DNA of 64,000 nucleotides from Parasitella parasitica NRRL 2501 (taxonomy: Eukaryota; Fungi; Mucoromycota): assembly GCA_025201805.1 (NCBI GenBank), contig MU619279.1, forward strand, positions 121,160 to 185,159, in the 5' to 3' direction. Of this stretch, positions 39,474-51,945 are shown in pieces. A model generated the notes under the pieces. The model was not told the origin of the DNA. It was given only the letters and a program-made list of their open reading frames with translations, and searched no databases. The translations under genes and the position numbers were made by a program. Numbering within the stretch: the first letter of the stretch is position 1; the number at the start of each line of letters is the position of its first letter.

Positions 39474-42400
39474 ATGACACAAGATGAGGCTGATTTGAAA
39501 CAGGAAGATCAAATCAAAGATCTACATCAAAACAACAAGCCGACACACCGAGATGAGCCGTCGACGACCCAAAACTCGCCTGAGCCCACACACCGGGCTC
39601 AAAGGCCTCTCAATGCGAGGTCGCATCCCTCTTCGTTCTCGGTTACCAGCACAGACGACGATGAATACCACGACGATCGTCTGCTCATCGATGACGGCAT
39701 TCCATCAAATGTACCGCTGGAGGCTCTGGCCGGTCCTGCTCTGATCCTGCCATCCAACGACATTGATGGCCGTACTCTGAACGAAGAGTTCGATTGGGCA
39801 GGCAAAGAAGACGATGGTGACGAAGAAACAGACAAGAAAGACGACGACCAAGGTAGAATGAAAAGCGGTGCATTGGCACAGAGCAGCGTAATCATCTGTC
39901 TAAGCAGAAACTCGTCGCATATTGCATGGACTTGCATCCTTTTGTTTGGCTGCATTCTTATCGCAATCGACGTTGCCATCTTTGTTGCTTATCGAGATAG
40001 AGTCAGTGGAACGTCTTACGGCCTACAGCTGTGGTTTACCTGGATCTGCTTTATGTGGTGGATTGGCTTTGCGTCGCAGATATTTGTTGAACTGGTGCCC
40101 TGGGCCATCAAGAGGAGTGTCGGCTATCTTAGGCCTCAGTCTACCGAAGTCCTTCGCATGCGATTGTCTGTAGGTATTTAAATCTGCTAAACGTGGTTGC
40201 ACAATGACTCATTTGTTGTTTGGAAATAATGCTAGTATTACATGGCTCTGCGTGTCTACATCAAGCTGTTTGCCATCTCAGCGTGGGCGTGGGGGTCGTG
40301 GGCCTTCATCAAAGCGCATGTTGCCCTGCCGCTGGCCAGTTCTACGCCTGAAGAAGGCGACAAGTACGAACCAGAGCCTGCCTACGTTGGTGTTTTCTAC
40401 AGCATTTGGGAATGTTTTTTCTTTGCGACACTATTTCTTTTCATAGAAAAGTTTATTTTACAATTAATTGGTAACACAATCTGATTTGGCTCTAACGCAC
40501 GCTTTAATGTCGTACTAACGTTTTTTTTTTTTTTTAATTTTGTCTATTCACAGTTACATCCTTCCACAAGTAAGTCAAGTCATCTCAGCGTTGCCAGCGT
40601 TGCCAGTGCCGTGCAATGACACAAGTGACCCAGCAGCGTACTGACTGTATTTTTTGTTAGGAAAGCGTATGGCGATCGCATCAAGGAAAACGACAAGGCC
40701 CTTCGCATACTCGACAGGCTCAAGAAGATGAAGCGAAAAAACCCTCAGGAATTTCTGATGAAACGCATCCGTCGCAAAAACAAAACGGCCAGTGGTACAA
40801 ACACAAACACACCAAACACCCCCAGAGCATCGCACTCGATGGACGAGAACGGGCCCAACGACCACTATTTTAGTGCCAATCACAACCAGCAGCAACAGCA
40901 ACAGCAGCAGCAGCAGCAGCAGCAGCAACAGTCCAAGTCCATCATCGCCAACCAGCAACAGTACCTGGATGGTAAATCAACTGTCAAATTCCCAACTCAA
41001 AACATGGATACCTTGATTGCCATCCCTCCCCTAGAAGATAGAGGAAATGATGAAAAGCACGAATTAGCAGCAGAAACCCAAGAGGAAACCACGCCCGATG
41101 TCATCAACAAATCTTTGCCTGGCTACGACGAAATGCCTGCTGCCAACAACAATGCAAGCAAAACCAAGGGATTCATCAATAAGCTCACTCGTAAAATGAG
41201 AAAGGGGTCTATCAACGACACGAGCCAGTCTCAGACGCCCTCCGGTGACGAGGGAAACATGTCCCCACCTGCCCCGGCTCCTTTGTCAAGAGAAAGCACA
41301 TGGTTTTCTCGAAACAGCCAAGACGAGAAAGGCTTCTTTGGTGCTACGCGCGATTTCGGCCTGAGCACCACAGCTATTCCTGGCAAAATTCTAAAGGGCG
41401 GATACAACAAGTTTGTGTCACAAAACAACAATAACAAGGCAAGCCAGCAAGCTGCTACCAACTCGACCCAGCAGGCCAAACATCTGGCTAAAAAGATTTA
41501 CACAAACTTAGTGGGGCCCGACAGCCATCGTGAGACTATTGTGGAAGCCGATCTCTACCCATTCTTTAGAACCACCAAGGAGGCTACGTTTGCTTTTGGT
41601 CTTTTTGACACTGACGGAAACGGCGATATCAGCAAACGAGAACTGCGATCAGGTTGCATTCGCATTTACCGTGAGCGCAAAAACTTGACTCGGTCCATGC
41701 GTGATTTGTCTCAGGCTACTGGTAAATTGGACATTATCCTGATGATTATCTTTATCATCATCTGGGCCATCATTGTGTGTGCTGCCTTTGGGGTTGACGT
41801 CGGTACCGATCTGATGCCTTTGTGGAGTGCATTTGTTGCTGCCAGTTTTGTATTTGGCACGTCAGCAAAAGATGCATTTGAAGCCATTATCTTTGTGTTT
41901 GTTACGGTACGTCAATACAACTCTATTTAGCATAGCTTCAGCGGCGACTAACTTTTTAGTCTGTGTAGCATCCGTTTGACTCTGGCGATCGCGTCTTGAT
42001 TCAAGGGGAGAATTGGGTTGTCCACAATGTTGGTTTGCTGGTTACTACTTTTCTGTAAGCATATATAATATAACACATAGCACGTGGGTTGACTGACATT
42101 TGATACCTACTTTTCCATAGTAAATGGGATGGCTCAATTGTCTATGCCAAAAACTCAGTCCTCACAACACAGTACATTATCAATGTTCGAAGATCCGGCC
42201 GCACTGGTGAAACAGTTGGTAATGACATTTATTAAAACGACTTGTACAAAAGTGTATTAACAGCAACGCACCGCTACTAGAGCTCCAAATTAGCTTTTCG
42301 ACACCTTCATGGAAGATCAGGAAAATAACTGACCATATGATTGAATGGTGCAACAAATTTCCAAAGCTCTACACCACCAATTCCGCCTCTACAAACATCA

Positions 42401-42804
42401 CTGGCTTCCATAATCAAAATATTGTAAACCTTTCATTCTACTTTGAGCACACTCAAAACTGGCAGGACGCTGGAGGCCGCTGGCTTCGTCACAATAACTT
42501 TATGATGGAACTCAAAGAGGAATGCGAGCGCCTCGAAATCACTTACTCTTTGCCTCCTCAGCCTTTTGTCGAAGGTAACAAGAAGAATGATGCTCCTCCA
42601 GAGACATACAATATGGGCGACAAGGCTGGATATGGCCTTGATGGCATGCAGAGAAGAAGGCCATGGAATCACGACGACGAAGATGGCTTCAAGAACTCAC
42701 CTATTGGTGGCGAATCGAATTCTCACTCTGGCAACAGTGGTTCTGATAATTCTGGGGCTATGGCAGGAGCTGCTTCCGCAATGATGTTTGCTGAAGGCTT
42801 GTAA
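39474..42804 (+). CDS. MscS-family mechanosensitive ion channel with EF-hand (Msy1/Msy2-like), multi-exon
   Basis: Multiple TM segments, EKFILQLI-VTSFH (via a microexon at ~40554-40570), EF-hand FDTDGNGDISKREL, SFVFG..AKDAFEAIIFVFVTHPFDSGDRV, INVRRSG and NWQD. Confidence 0.92.
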
Positions 42805-43392
42805 TAAATAGAATGTAGTTTTTTATTTTATATTATTATTATTATTATTATTAATATATTTTTTTTTGGCTTATTGGAATTTCATGCCTTGATATATGGT
42901 AGTCGTCTTTGTTAGCCAGCGGATGATCATCCTTGCTCAAGTCAGTAGTCGAAATAACTCGAGAAATAAAAACACATTTAATGTGATAAACCTCTACTGT
43001 GTCTATTCTGAGGCAGAACTGGCTTTAAAGACATTGAGATTTACAGAGTACTCTCATGAGCAATAACATCTCCATTGCATGCATTGTTCATGTCATTGTT
43101 ATCGATAGTCGTATATGCATTCTGAGAAGGACTATGAGAATTTCCCATTGTACCAAGTCTAAAGAAATACCATTAGATTGACATGATTTATCAGGAAGAT
43201 CGAACATACACTGTTTGGGGAAAAGATTTCATAACTGTACCTTAGGCATTTTGTACTATATAAATGCTCCTGAATAATTACAATTCAGACTGCCGCTGCT
43301 GTTTCGTATTAGCTTTACACAGTAGTTTATTTGCTAGACAAATATCATTTTCTCTTTCTCCTTTATTAATCAATTACATACATATAAACAGT

Positions 43393-43447
43393 ATGGATAC
43401 CGCTACTGCCGCCGCTACTGCCGCCGCTGCCGCTGCTACCGCTACTG

Positions 43448-43479
<32 letters not shown>

Positions 43480-44457
43480 AATACTGTTAATGTCAACACA
43501 GCATACAGTCCATTAAACTTGTACACCAACTCTAATCGTATCATACAACAGGTGTCTCAGGCACAATATCAACATCACTGTTTGACGCTAAATCAAGCAC
43601 AATTTTACAATGCCAACTCTCATTCCAATCCTCCATCGAATCAGATGTGGGATAAACAACAGCTGCAACCAAAGCCAGGCCATCTTGGGGCTAACGATGA
43701 ATTTGACTATATGTCTCAGCATTTCCGCAATCACTACTATCCCTATAACCCAAATACCACTCGAAACATCAAAACAGAGGATGAGCCTCTATTGTTTGTG
43801 GGTAGTGCAGCAGAGCACTCTAAAATGACAACAAACAATGATTATCGGAACAATTCTCCCCAGAAACAGCAGGGTTTTCTCGAAAACGATCCCAAAAACT
43901 CATCGGCTGCCGTCGATGATGAAGCTTGCAATGAAGAGGAAGAAAACGAGGAAAACGATGAGGACGATAATCATGCAATAAAGAGGTAATGTGCATGTAA
44001 TTGCACACAAATAAACATGCTATTTTTAATTCACAACTAAATCTGCGTATTATCTTTTTTTTTTTTTTTAATATATAAACACTGCCTTTAGATCGACAAA
44101 CACTTCCAAACGAAACGCTGGCGAAAAGAAAAAATATCGGAGAGAATCGCACAATGCAGGTTCGTGATAAACAAAAAGTACTATTAGCAGTTACTCACAT
44201 GTTTTGTATGTGTATTTATAGTTGAAAGGAGACGACGAAACAATATAAATGACAACATCAGAAACTTGGGCTTACTTTTACCTGAAAACATGTGCCAAGG
44301 AAAGCTCAACAAGGGAACTATATTACGAAGTTCAGTCATGTACATACACATGCTGAACGATCAGTTGTTTAAATACAAGGAGAGACTGGAGAACTTGAAA
44401 TACGAAGCTGCCACTCTGGATCCTTCCTTATTAAACCAGTATTCACAACTACGATAA
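43393..44457 (+). CDS. bHLH-ZIP transcription factor (USF/MiT/Cbf1-like), 3 exons
   Basis: RRESHNAVERRRRNNINDNIRNLGLLLP...KLNKGTILRSSVMYI after splicing; N-terminal poly-Ala from GCT/GCC repeats. Confidence 0.9.
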
Positions 44458-44668
44458 ACCCTAGTGGCCCTCGCTGTATGACAATTAACGATATATAATC
44501 ACATTCAAGACTAGACGCAAAAATACATATATATTCAATATGCCATATTCTTTCCATTTTACATTATTTGCAAAGAAACGAGAGATATGTATTTGCATAA
44601 CTCTATAAAAGAAAAACAAATCAGATTAAAATCCATATAGCATTCTCTCTCTCTCTCTCTCTTCTATA

Positions 44669-45758
44669 ATGTACAGTACAATAAATAAAATAACAATATC
44701 TTTGGTGATATGTCTATTGATGCAGATCTCGCTTGCAGAGCAAACAGGCATACAAAATGCATCAAGAGATAAAGCTGTGCTAAGTTCGATATGGTCAGCC
44801 ATAAGAGGCAAATTAAACCCTACAGCTAGTGCGAACGCCACTATGTTTGAAACACCTGTCCAGGAAGCATTGCCTAGTGCAAAAACGATGCAAGAAGAAC
44901 CAAATAACACTGTGCAAGATAAAGTTCCAAGTCAAATGGCGCCCATCCAGAAGGCAATAGTATATCTTCGCCCCAAGGCTGACGAAAGATGGGTTTTAAG
45001 GGAAGAAGGGTACGTACATATTCCATATTGTGGTTTGATGACTGGAACATGCATTGATGGAGTATAAACTATCCAGGTCAATCATTTGGGCTATTTCCAA
45101 TACCCTTCAGTCCAAGGCAGACACTATATACATGGTATTAAAGTAGCCAGGTAGTAAAAATTCATACAACTGACCAGTTCTTGTAGAATTGTAACCTGTA
45201 TCAAGGTGAAAAGATGCTATTATCGGTGTTTAAGGGCGTACCTTTGATTGTTGGGACAGAAAGGTACATGTATTTTTTCAATCTTTGTACATTCACAGCA
45301 TATTAACACAATCAATGCTACACTGTATATATCGCAAACATAGCTGGACGCCACCTGTATTTCTAGAGCCGGCACCAGACTATAGATTGCGCTTATGGAG
45401 TCAACCCTCAGAAGCAGGCATTATCGATGAATACAGCACAGAGTTTTCTATGGTTCCTCGACCAGATGATGCTTACATGTTTTCGTACAATAGATCAGCC
45501 ATGATGGATAATTCAAATGCGACCCTACCGCCCGACACAAGGATACGCATTGGCCAATACAATTTGCCACCAGTCAATGAATCTCAACATTCAGGCATCA
45601 TGTTGGGTGTCAGCAATAATCCAACTGCTTCGTTCTCTGATCCGAATCTCCCAACAGGAATCTACGCCTTGTATCCTTCAGTTTCTGGGCATGTGTCAGT
45701 GGAATGCTATTTGTATGCTATCGTTCTTGTTACGGGGCTTGTGGCAGCGTTTATGTAA
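44669..45758 (+). CDS. Putative secreted/GPI-anchored cell-surface protein, multi-exon
   Basis: N-terminal signal peptide (ITISLVICLLMQISLA), WTPPVFL..APDYRLRL resembling Kre9/Ser-Thr-GPI family beta domains, and a C-terminal hydrophobic tail. Internal exon boundaries are approximate. Confidence 0.65.
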
Positions 45759-46110
45759 ATCAAAACATTTCAATCATTTTCAAATAAAAGTTTGAACTCA
45801 GGAAAATGAATTTGCTTTTACGTATGCCTCCTAATCAAGCATTAACTCAGGATTAGGCGAGCTTATATGCTTTCATATGAACATGAGTTGATCGAATAGC
45901 ACTTTTGATGGCGTCATAATCACTGAGGATAGGTAGGAACGGCTGCATATAGCTGCAAACTACAAGTTAGGGCAAATGTCCTGGGAAAAAACACAAAATG
46001 TGACGTATTTGAGTCCAGAAACAAACGATAGCGCGCAAGACAAACAGACAATAAATATTGATCCCTTGACTAAATCAGGATGTTTTTCTTTTTTTTTTTT
46101 TTTTTTTTTT

Positions 46111-46385
46111 NNNNNNNNNNNNNNNNNNNNNNNNNNNNNNNNNNNNNNNNNNNNNNNNNNNNNNNNNNNNNNNNNNNNNNNNNNNNNNNNNNNNNNNNNN
46201 NNNNNNNNNNNNNNNNNNNNNNNNNNNNNNNNNNNNNNNNNNNNNNNNNNNNNNNNNNNNNNNNNNNNNNNNNNNNNNNNNNNNNNNNNNNNNNNNNNNN
46301 NNNNNNNNNNNNNNNNNNNNNNNNNNNNNNNNNNNNNNNNNNNNNNNNNNNNNNNNNNNNNNNNNNNNNNNNNNNNNNNNNNNNN
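46111..46385. other. Assembly gap (N)
   Basis: N run flanked by homopolymers. Confidence 0.99.
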
Positions 46386-46419
46386 TAGAAAAAAAAAAAA
46401 GAAGAGAGAAGTGGTCGTT

Positions 46420-48716
46420 TTAAATGTGGAATAGCTGACTCATAAGTGGATCCATCAAATGATCGTCCTCAGTCTTGATGTAATCGCATTGCTCAAAATC
46501 AACGCCGGCAGAAGGTAACTGAATAGGCTCAGCATACAGCTCAAACATGGTATTGTCTTTGAAAAGTGTTCCGTCCAATTGCTCGTTTTTGGTGTACGGA
46601 GAGGCGACTAAATCAGAACCACTACTACTACTGCTGCTGCTGATGCTAAGACGGCAAGAATCGTGATTAGACTCTACAAACAAAGGATGCTGGGAACTGC
46701 CGAAGAGTAAGTCATCAGAGGTAGGAGGAACAGATAACATGAGTTCATTGATGGAGGCATTGGGAGACAGGAGCATGGAAGTATCGGATGTAGAAGGAGA
46801 ATGGGATGAATCAATCTTGGTAGTGTTCAAAAAGAGAGAGGAGTTTACGGTGGTAGTAGTATCTGCAGGAGGAGAAAAGCAATCATGGAAATCAAGGGAA
46901 TCAGTTGTGCCACTATAAAGAGACTCATCGTCATCGTTTTTGTCGGTAGGGACGCGGGCAACCCGACGAACAACCTTTGGAGTAGAAAGTTCTTGTTGTT
47001 GAGCAGCAAGAGCAGCGACAGTTAAAGGAGTAGAGGAGCCTACAGTCCCCGCCTTGGCAGTCAACATGTCAGTATCAATTGAAACACGATTGGGAGGATT
47101 GGGCATGCGAAGAGAGTTTTTGCGAGGATTTAATTCGGGTAAGAATTTGGTGCGGTAAACATCGAGGACACGTTGAAGCAAGTTTTTGCGATAAGCGAGT
47201 TGTTTCGGATTCAACCATGCCAATTTCCAGCCCAATTCGTTACATTTGGCTTCTTCGATTTGACGTTGGGAGGCAAAAGGAGAAAGTGTGTTGATTTCCA
47301 TTGCACGGGGATACACACAATTTGCTTGGCGGAATTCAAGATCAATGCTGTCGAGAGAAACGGTCTCTACATTGATGCGAATTCGATGCTTTGAGCCTCC
47401 TAAACCATCATCGATAGTGACAGTTTTGGGGAACTCGGTGGCAGTAGAATTTAAACTGACATCGGAGTTTGAATGTGAATCGGTTTTGACAGATTTGACA
47501 GGTCTGTCATCGTCTTCGAGCAGCTCTTCAGCCTCACGTTGCTTGCGCTTACGGAGAGTACCTTTCAATAGCTTTTCTTGACGAGCAACGCGGCGAGAAC
47601 GCATACTAGGATAGCGGTTACGATAAGAATCAACGGCACGTTGGATTAAACCTCGCTTGCCAGCAATTTCAGAGGAGTTCAGGTAAGCAAGCTTCCAGCC
47701 CAAAGTATTACATTCGGTTTCATAAGCCCAACGATTGCCCTTGTATTCATCGCGAGAGAGATTAGCACGAGGATAGACCTAAATAGGTAGGAATTGTGGT
47801 TAGATGATGCGTTGTCTAGCGAATAAATAGGCGACCCCGTGAAAAAAAAGCTAAACTTTTTTATACAGATAGAATGCACAATCCATTTGGATTTTCTATC
47901 ATGCTGATTCTATGCCTACAGTCTTGAACAAAGAAAAAAAAAAGAATACTTACGCAATTTTCGCTCTTGAATTTATCATCCAGGATATCAAGGTCAACTG
48001 TATCTACATCAGTACGAATGGAGTAGCGACGCAGGACACGATGATGAGAATAGACAAAGCTAACCCACTCGACACCTTCACGAATTTCTGTACGAGGCTC
48101 ATGATTAGGTACTACTGAACCAGCAGCAGCAGCAGCAGCAGCGGTGGTGGTGGATGAAGAAGCGGAACTGGCGGGAATATTCGAAGAAACTGATGAAGTA
48201 GGCGAATTGTTGGTATTTGTAGTGGAAGATGTTGTGGATGGAGATGAAGTATTAGCTACGGAAGATTTGTCCAAGCTTGTTTTGGTAGCCAGTGGGGAAG
48301 ATACGGGTGGCTTAGTGTTATTTGACGCATGTTTTGCGTTATTGTTATTAGCCGATAGAGGTGAATTCGCAGCAGTGCTGATGCTATCTGCTAAAGCCTT
48401 TGCAATTTGAGCAGCAACTAAGGCCCAATCGTGGTGTAAGGTAGAAGGATTCGCTGCCTGTGACAAAGGGGGTTGATTAGATGTGGTAACTATGATAATC
48501 AACAAAAACAGATAAATATTTTGACATTTGACAGATTAGAATTTTGCTTTGCTTTTTACCACTCTGTATGGTTTGCTTTTTGCTTTTGATTTTAGTTAGT
48601 GTCTTTTCGATTTCTTCAAGTTGAGATGATGTGAGAGCTTCTAATAGTGATTCTGATTTCTCTGTTGGGTGAAGTAAATCATTGACACATAATTGAAGAT
48701 GTGGACTGGTTGACAT
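46420..48716 (-). CDS. Uncharacterised conserved fungal protein with a tandemly duplicated domain (3 exons)
   Basis: Copy 1: GVEWVSFVYS..YSIRTDV..FKSENCVYPRA..YETECNTLGWKLAYLN..GKRGLIQRAVDSYR. Copy 2: HRIRINV..FRQANCVYPRA..CNELGWKLAWLN..RKNLLQRVLDVYR. A basic NLS-like LRKRKQR lies between them, and the tail is acidic. Confidence 0.85.
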
Positions 48717-50096
48717 TGCGAACGGTTGATTCAAAATTTGAAATGTAAGAAACGCGTCGATTTGGAGTATGCGAAAGAAATGAACAATTCAGAAAAGAAA
48801 GAGAGTAGTGAACATCAAGTCAATTTATAAAGGCTTCTAATAGAACATAGGAGATGGAAAAATTTTCACTTAATTGAACTGCCGAGCGAAACTGGAAAGG
48901 AAACTTTCAACTGGAGAAGACAAGAAACTCCTAGATGACGATTTTTTTTTCTATGCTGCTACCTTGCCGCTTTTAAAAAAAGAAAAGAAAAAAAGTGATT
49001 TTCACAAGTTTCAAATGTCTTGTTTCGAAATGCGTCTTTCTTTCCACATGGATATACAACGTTTTCATTTCTTTACAATCAAGCCAGTAGTTACACTAAA
49101 GAAGACTACCATGTATTCAATTGGATACCTTATTTTTTAATAATAATATGGCAGATATTTTAAGATAGTTTCCATTGATAGGATGACCGGAGTCAGCATT
49201 AGATGTAAGGTTGTAATGCCTACTGAATTAAGCATCGGCTGTTTCAAAGAAGTTTTCTACTTTAGTCAACCCCTATACTAACTTTTTGTTTATTTGACAT
49301 TTACACTGAATCCCAACCTATTAGAAAGAAACCTTGTGAAAGCGAAGATTTAGGCTAATTCCGTCTTGTTATTTACGGTAAATCAATAAGCATTTTGTAC
49401 AACCAAAATTTTTGGTTACTTTTTGGTACTACTGAAAAAACATTTGCCTGTATATGTTACCTAAGAGACGGATCAATTTTGGATAAACATTTATGTTCAT
49501 TATATACCGACACCTTGAGTCATCGATTTCATTGAGCTCTTTTTTTGCAGGATTTTAAGAACTCACCTTCATTATAAAACATAAACATTCGGAATACTAA
49601 TACTATGAACTGTTCTAGCCCTTTCTTTAAAGCTAAATGTTCAAATATACAAGAACAAAATGTAGGGTAAGATTAGTATCCAGGTTTACTATACAATAAA
49701 TCTGTTGTCTCCCATGTTACACATATTGAACACTTTCTGTGGATCATCATAATTAAATCTGTAACAATCCCTCGAGACAATATTAATCCTGCAGTTGAAA
49801 AATAGACAGAAACATGACGATGATAGTCTTTCCTTTCAGAGTGTTTTCACGAGAGCACCTCCAATATTTCAGTGAATCTCATCCAATTATATGATTTTAA
49901 CTGCATATATTTGTTGAAGAAGTAAACCTTAATTCAAACGGCTAAATCAAGTAAAGAAAAAATCAGGATAAACGTAAAAGTTCAATTATAATAGTATTAT
50001 CAAGGAAATTGCTTAAACAGAATTCTATCAGCTAAATAAACTATCAAAAGTTACTGCTGGTAGAACCATATAGAGATTAGGCCACTTTTATCTTAC

Positions 50097-50097
<1 letters not shown>

Positions 50098-50190
<93 letters not shown>
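50098..50190 (+). repeat. Poly(A) run of ~93 nt
   Basis: Visible directly. Confidence 0.9.
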
Positions 50191-50194
<4 letters not shown>

Positions 50195-50327
50195 GAGGAC
50201 GACGAAGCGAAAACTTATTTATACAAAATGATTTTATTTAGAGAATGATTTAGGTTGCACAAAAGTAACCCGCTCCTCGGATTTTATAGATTAAAACCAC
50301 AAGGTCATTGGGACATCATTTTTGTGA

Positions 50328-50843
50328 TTAAATGTGATGACGAAAGGGAGGGAAAGGAGGGAAAGGGGGGAAAGGGGGTACAGTGGATGGAGGGGGGAAG
50401 GGAGGGAAAGTAGGTGGAGGGGGGAATGGAGGGAATGGAGGGAAAGTAGGTGGAGGAGGGAATGGAGGGAAAGTAGGTGGAGGGGGGAATGGAGGGAATG
50501 GAGGGAAAGTAGGCGGAGGGGGGAATGGAGGGAAAGTAGGTGGAGGGGGGAAGGGAGGGAACGGAGGAGGGAAAGGCGTGAATTGAGCAGGTTCAGCAAC
50601 ATCTCTAGCTCTATTTACAATAAATCATTACGAGGGATGCACATAATGTTCTAAAATAAAGACTTACGCTAAAGCGGAAGAGGCCATACTAGCATAGTAC
50701 TTGTCATAAAGAGATTTCCAAAGATCTTGAGTCGAGTCGGAAGTAGAGCCGACATCCGATTCTTCGGGAGCGGCTGCTACTTGCATGATTGTAACCAAAA
50801 TGGCAAACAAAAGCAAGGCGATAGATGTAAAGTACTTCTTCAT
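50328..50843 (-). CDS. Small secreted protein (152 aa) with a Pro/Phe-rich tandem-repeat C-terminus (2 exons; intron 50611-50667)
   Basis: Signal peptide MKKYFTSIALLLFAILVTIMQVAA, an acidic pro-region, a GTAAGT..TAG intron, then ARDVAEPAQFTPFPPPFPPFPPPPTFPPFPPPPTF...PPFPPFRHHI*. Exon lengths (176 + 283 nt) keep the frame. Confidence 0.85.
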
Positions 50844-51945
50844 TTGTTAATACTGTTCTGAATATTATGAAAACCACCATAAAATCTTCTCATTTTATAG
50901 GAAATTTTGCAAACTAATCTATCATACACAATATAAAGAAATGTGTTCACAAAACCAACTTCTATTATTAAAAAAAACCAAGTTACTGACTCGAGCCGTC
51001 TTTATTCATATCTAACGATCCATTCCAATTTTTTGCACATGATCGAGCAACCGCTTTTTTTTTTGCAGTTTAATGCAAATAAGGTTAAGAATAACCAAGA
51101 AAATGTTCTACAAAGTTGGTCAGGAAGAGTAACATGACTAATGACAAGTCCAAGTAAATAAACAGATCATAAGGATTGATCCCCTTTAAAACATTCGGTT
51201 TGGGGTTTCAAACAAGATACACACTGCATTTGGAAATCTTTAAATGCCTTCAGACAATAGATTTCTCGAATCATCAGAGAATGGTCAGGTTGCGAGGCAT
51301 TTAATACAAGAAAAATTACCTTTGAAATTAATTGAATGGAAGCTGAACCATATTCTTATATATTCTAAAAAAAAATATATCGTGTTCTTTTGTTTGAAAA
51401 TTGGATTTATGAATATGCAAATCAACGTTTTAGTCTTTCGAAAATTCCAAATTATTATGGAACGCGAAATATAGATTTCTCCTTTTTTTGAAACCTTTTC
51501 ACATCTAAATTTGGCTCTATCTTTACCTATAATTTGACACCATAATACAAGTAAGGTGATTAATTGTATAATGATTATACAAAGTAGCAATGTCGCTTGT
51601 GTAATCAGACATGCTTCAAACCATCAAACGCTCATGTGACTCGTAGAGTGACAGAATATTTTTGAAGCATGAACTGTATCGAAAAAGAGAAAAAATTTAT
51701 GGTAATCGATGCTCTTTACATGGAGTATGAACATTAATCTGTATAGAAGAAGAAGACTGAGGTCTACGCAGCCCGTTTTAACTAGAGTTCAAATCAAAGA
51801 TCTCGGCCGGATAATTGGCTATACTTCTTTTAGGCAGTCTGTCGAGTTTTTCATGGTAATAAATGTTACAGTTGACATTTTGGGGTTATGCCATTGATTC
51901 CAAACATAGGATCCTTTTAACTATTTTAAATTGAGCAAACTGAAA

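Noticed and set aside
45976-46434. ORFs spanning the N gap
   Set aside because: Artefacts of translating Ns and homopolymers.
48745-48760. GAAACGCGTC resembling a minimal hammerhead 3' core
   Set aside because: There is no upstream CTGANGA; it lies in the 5' leader of a minus-strand gene.
50291-50654. ORF-track Gly-rich, Arg/Trp/Glu-rich and Leu/Ser/His-rich ORFs
   Set aside because: These are alternative frames of the Pro/Phe repeat. Only the Pro frame links by a canonical intron to a signal-peptide exon.
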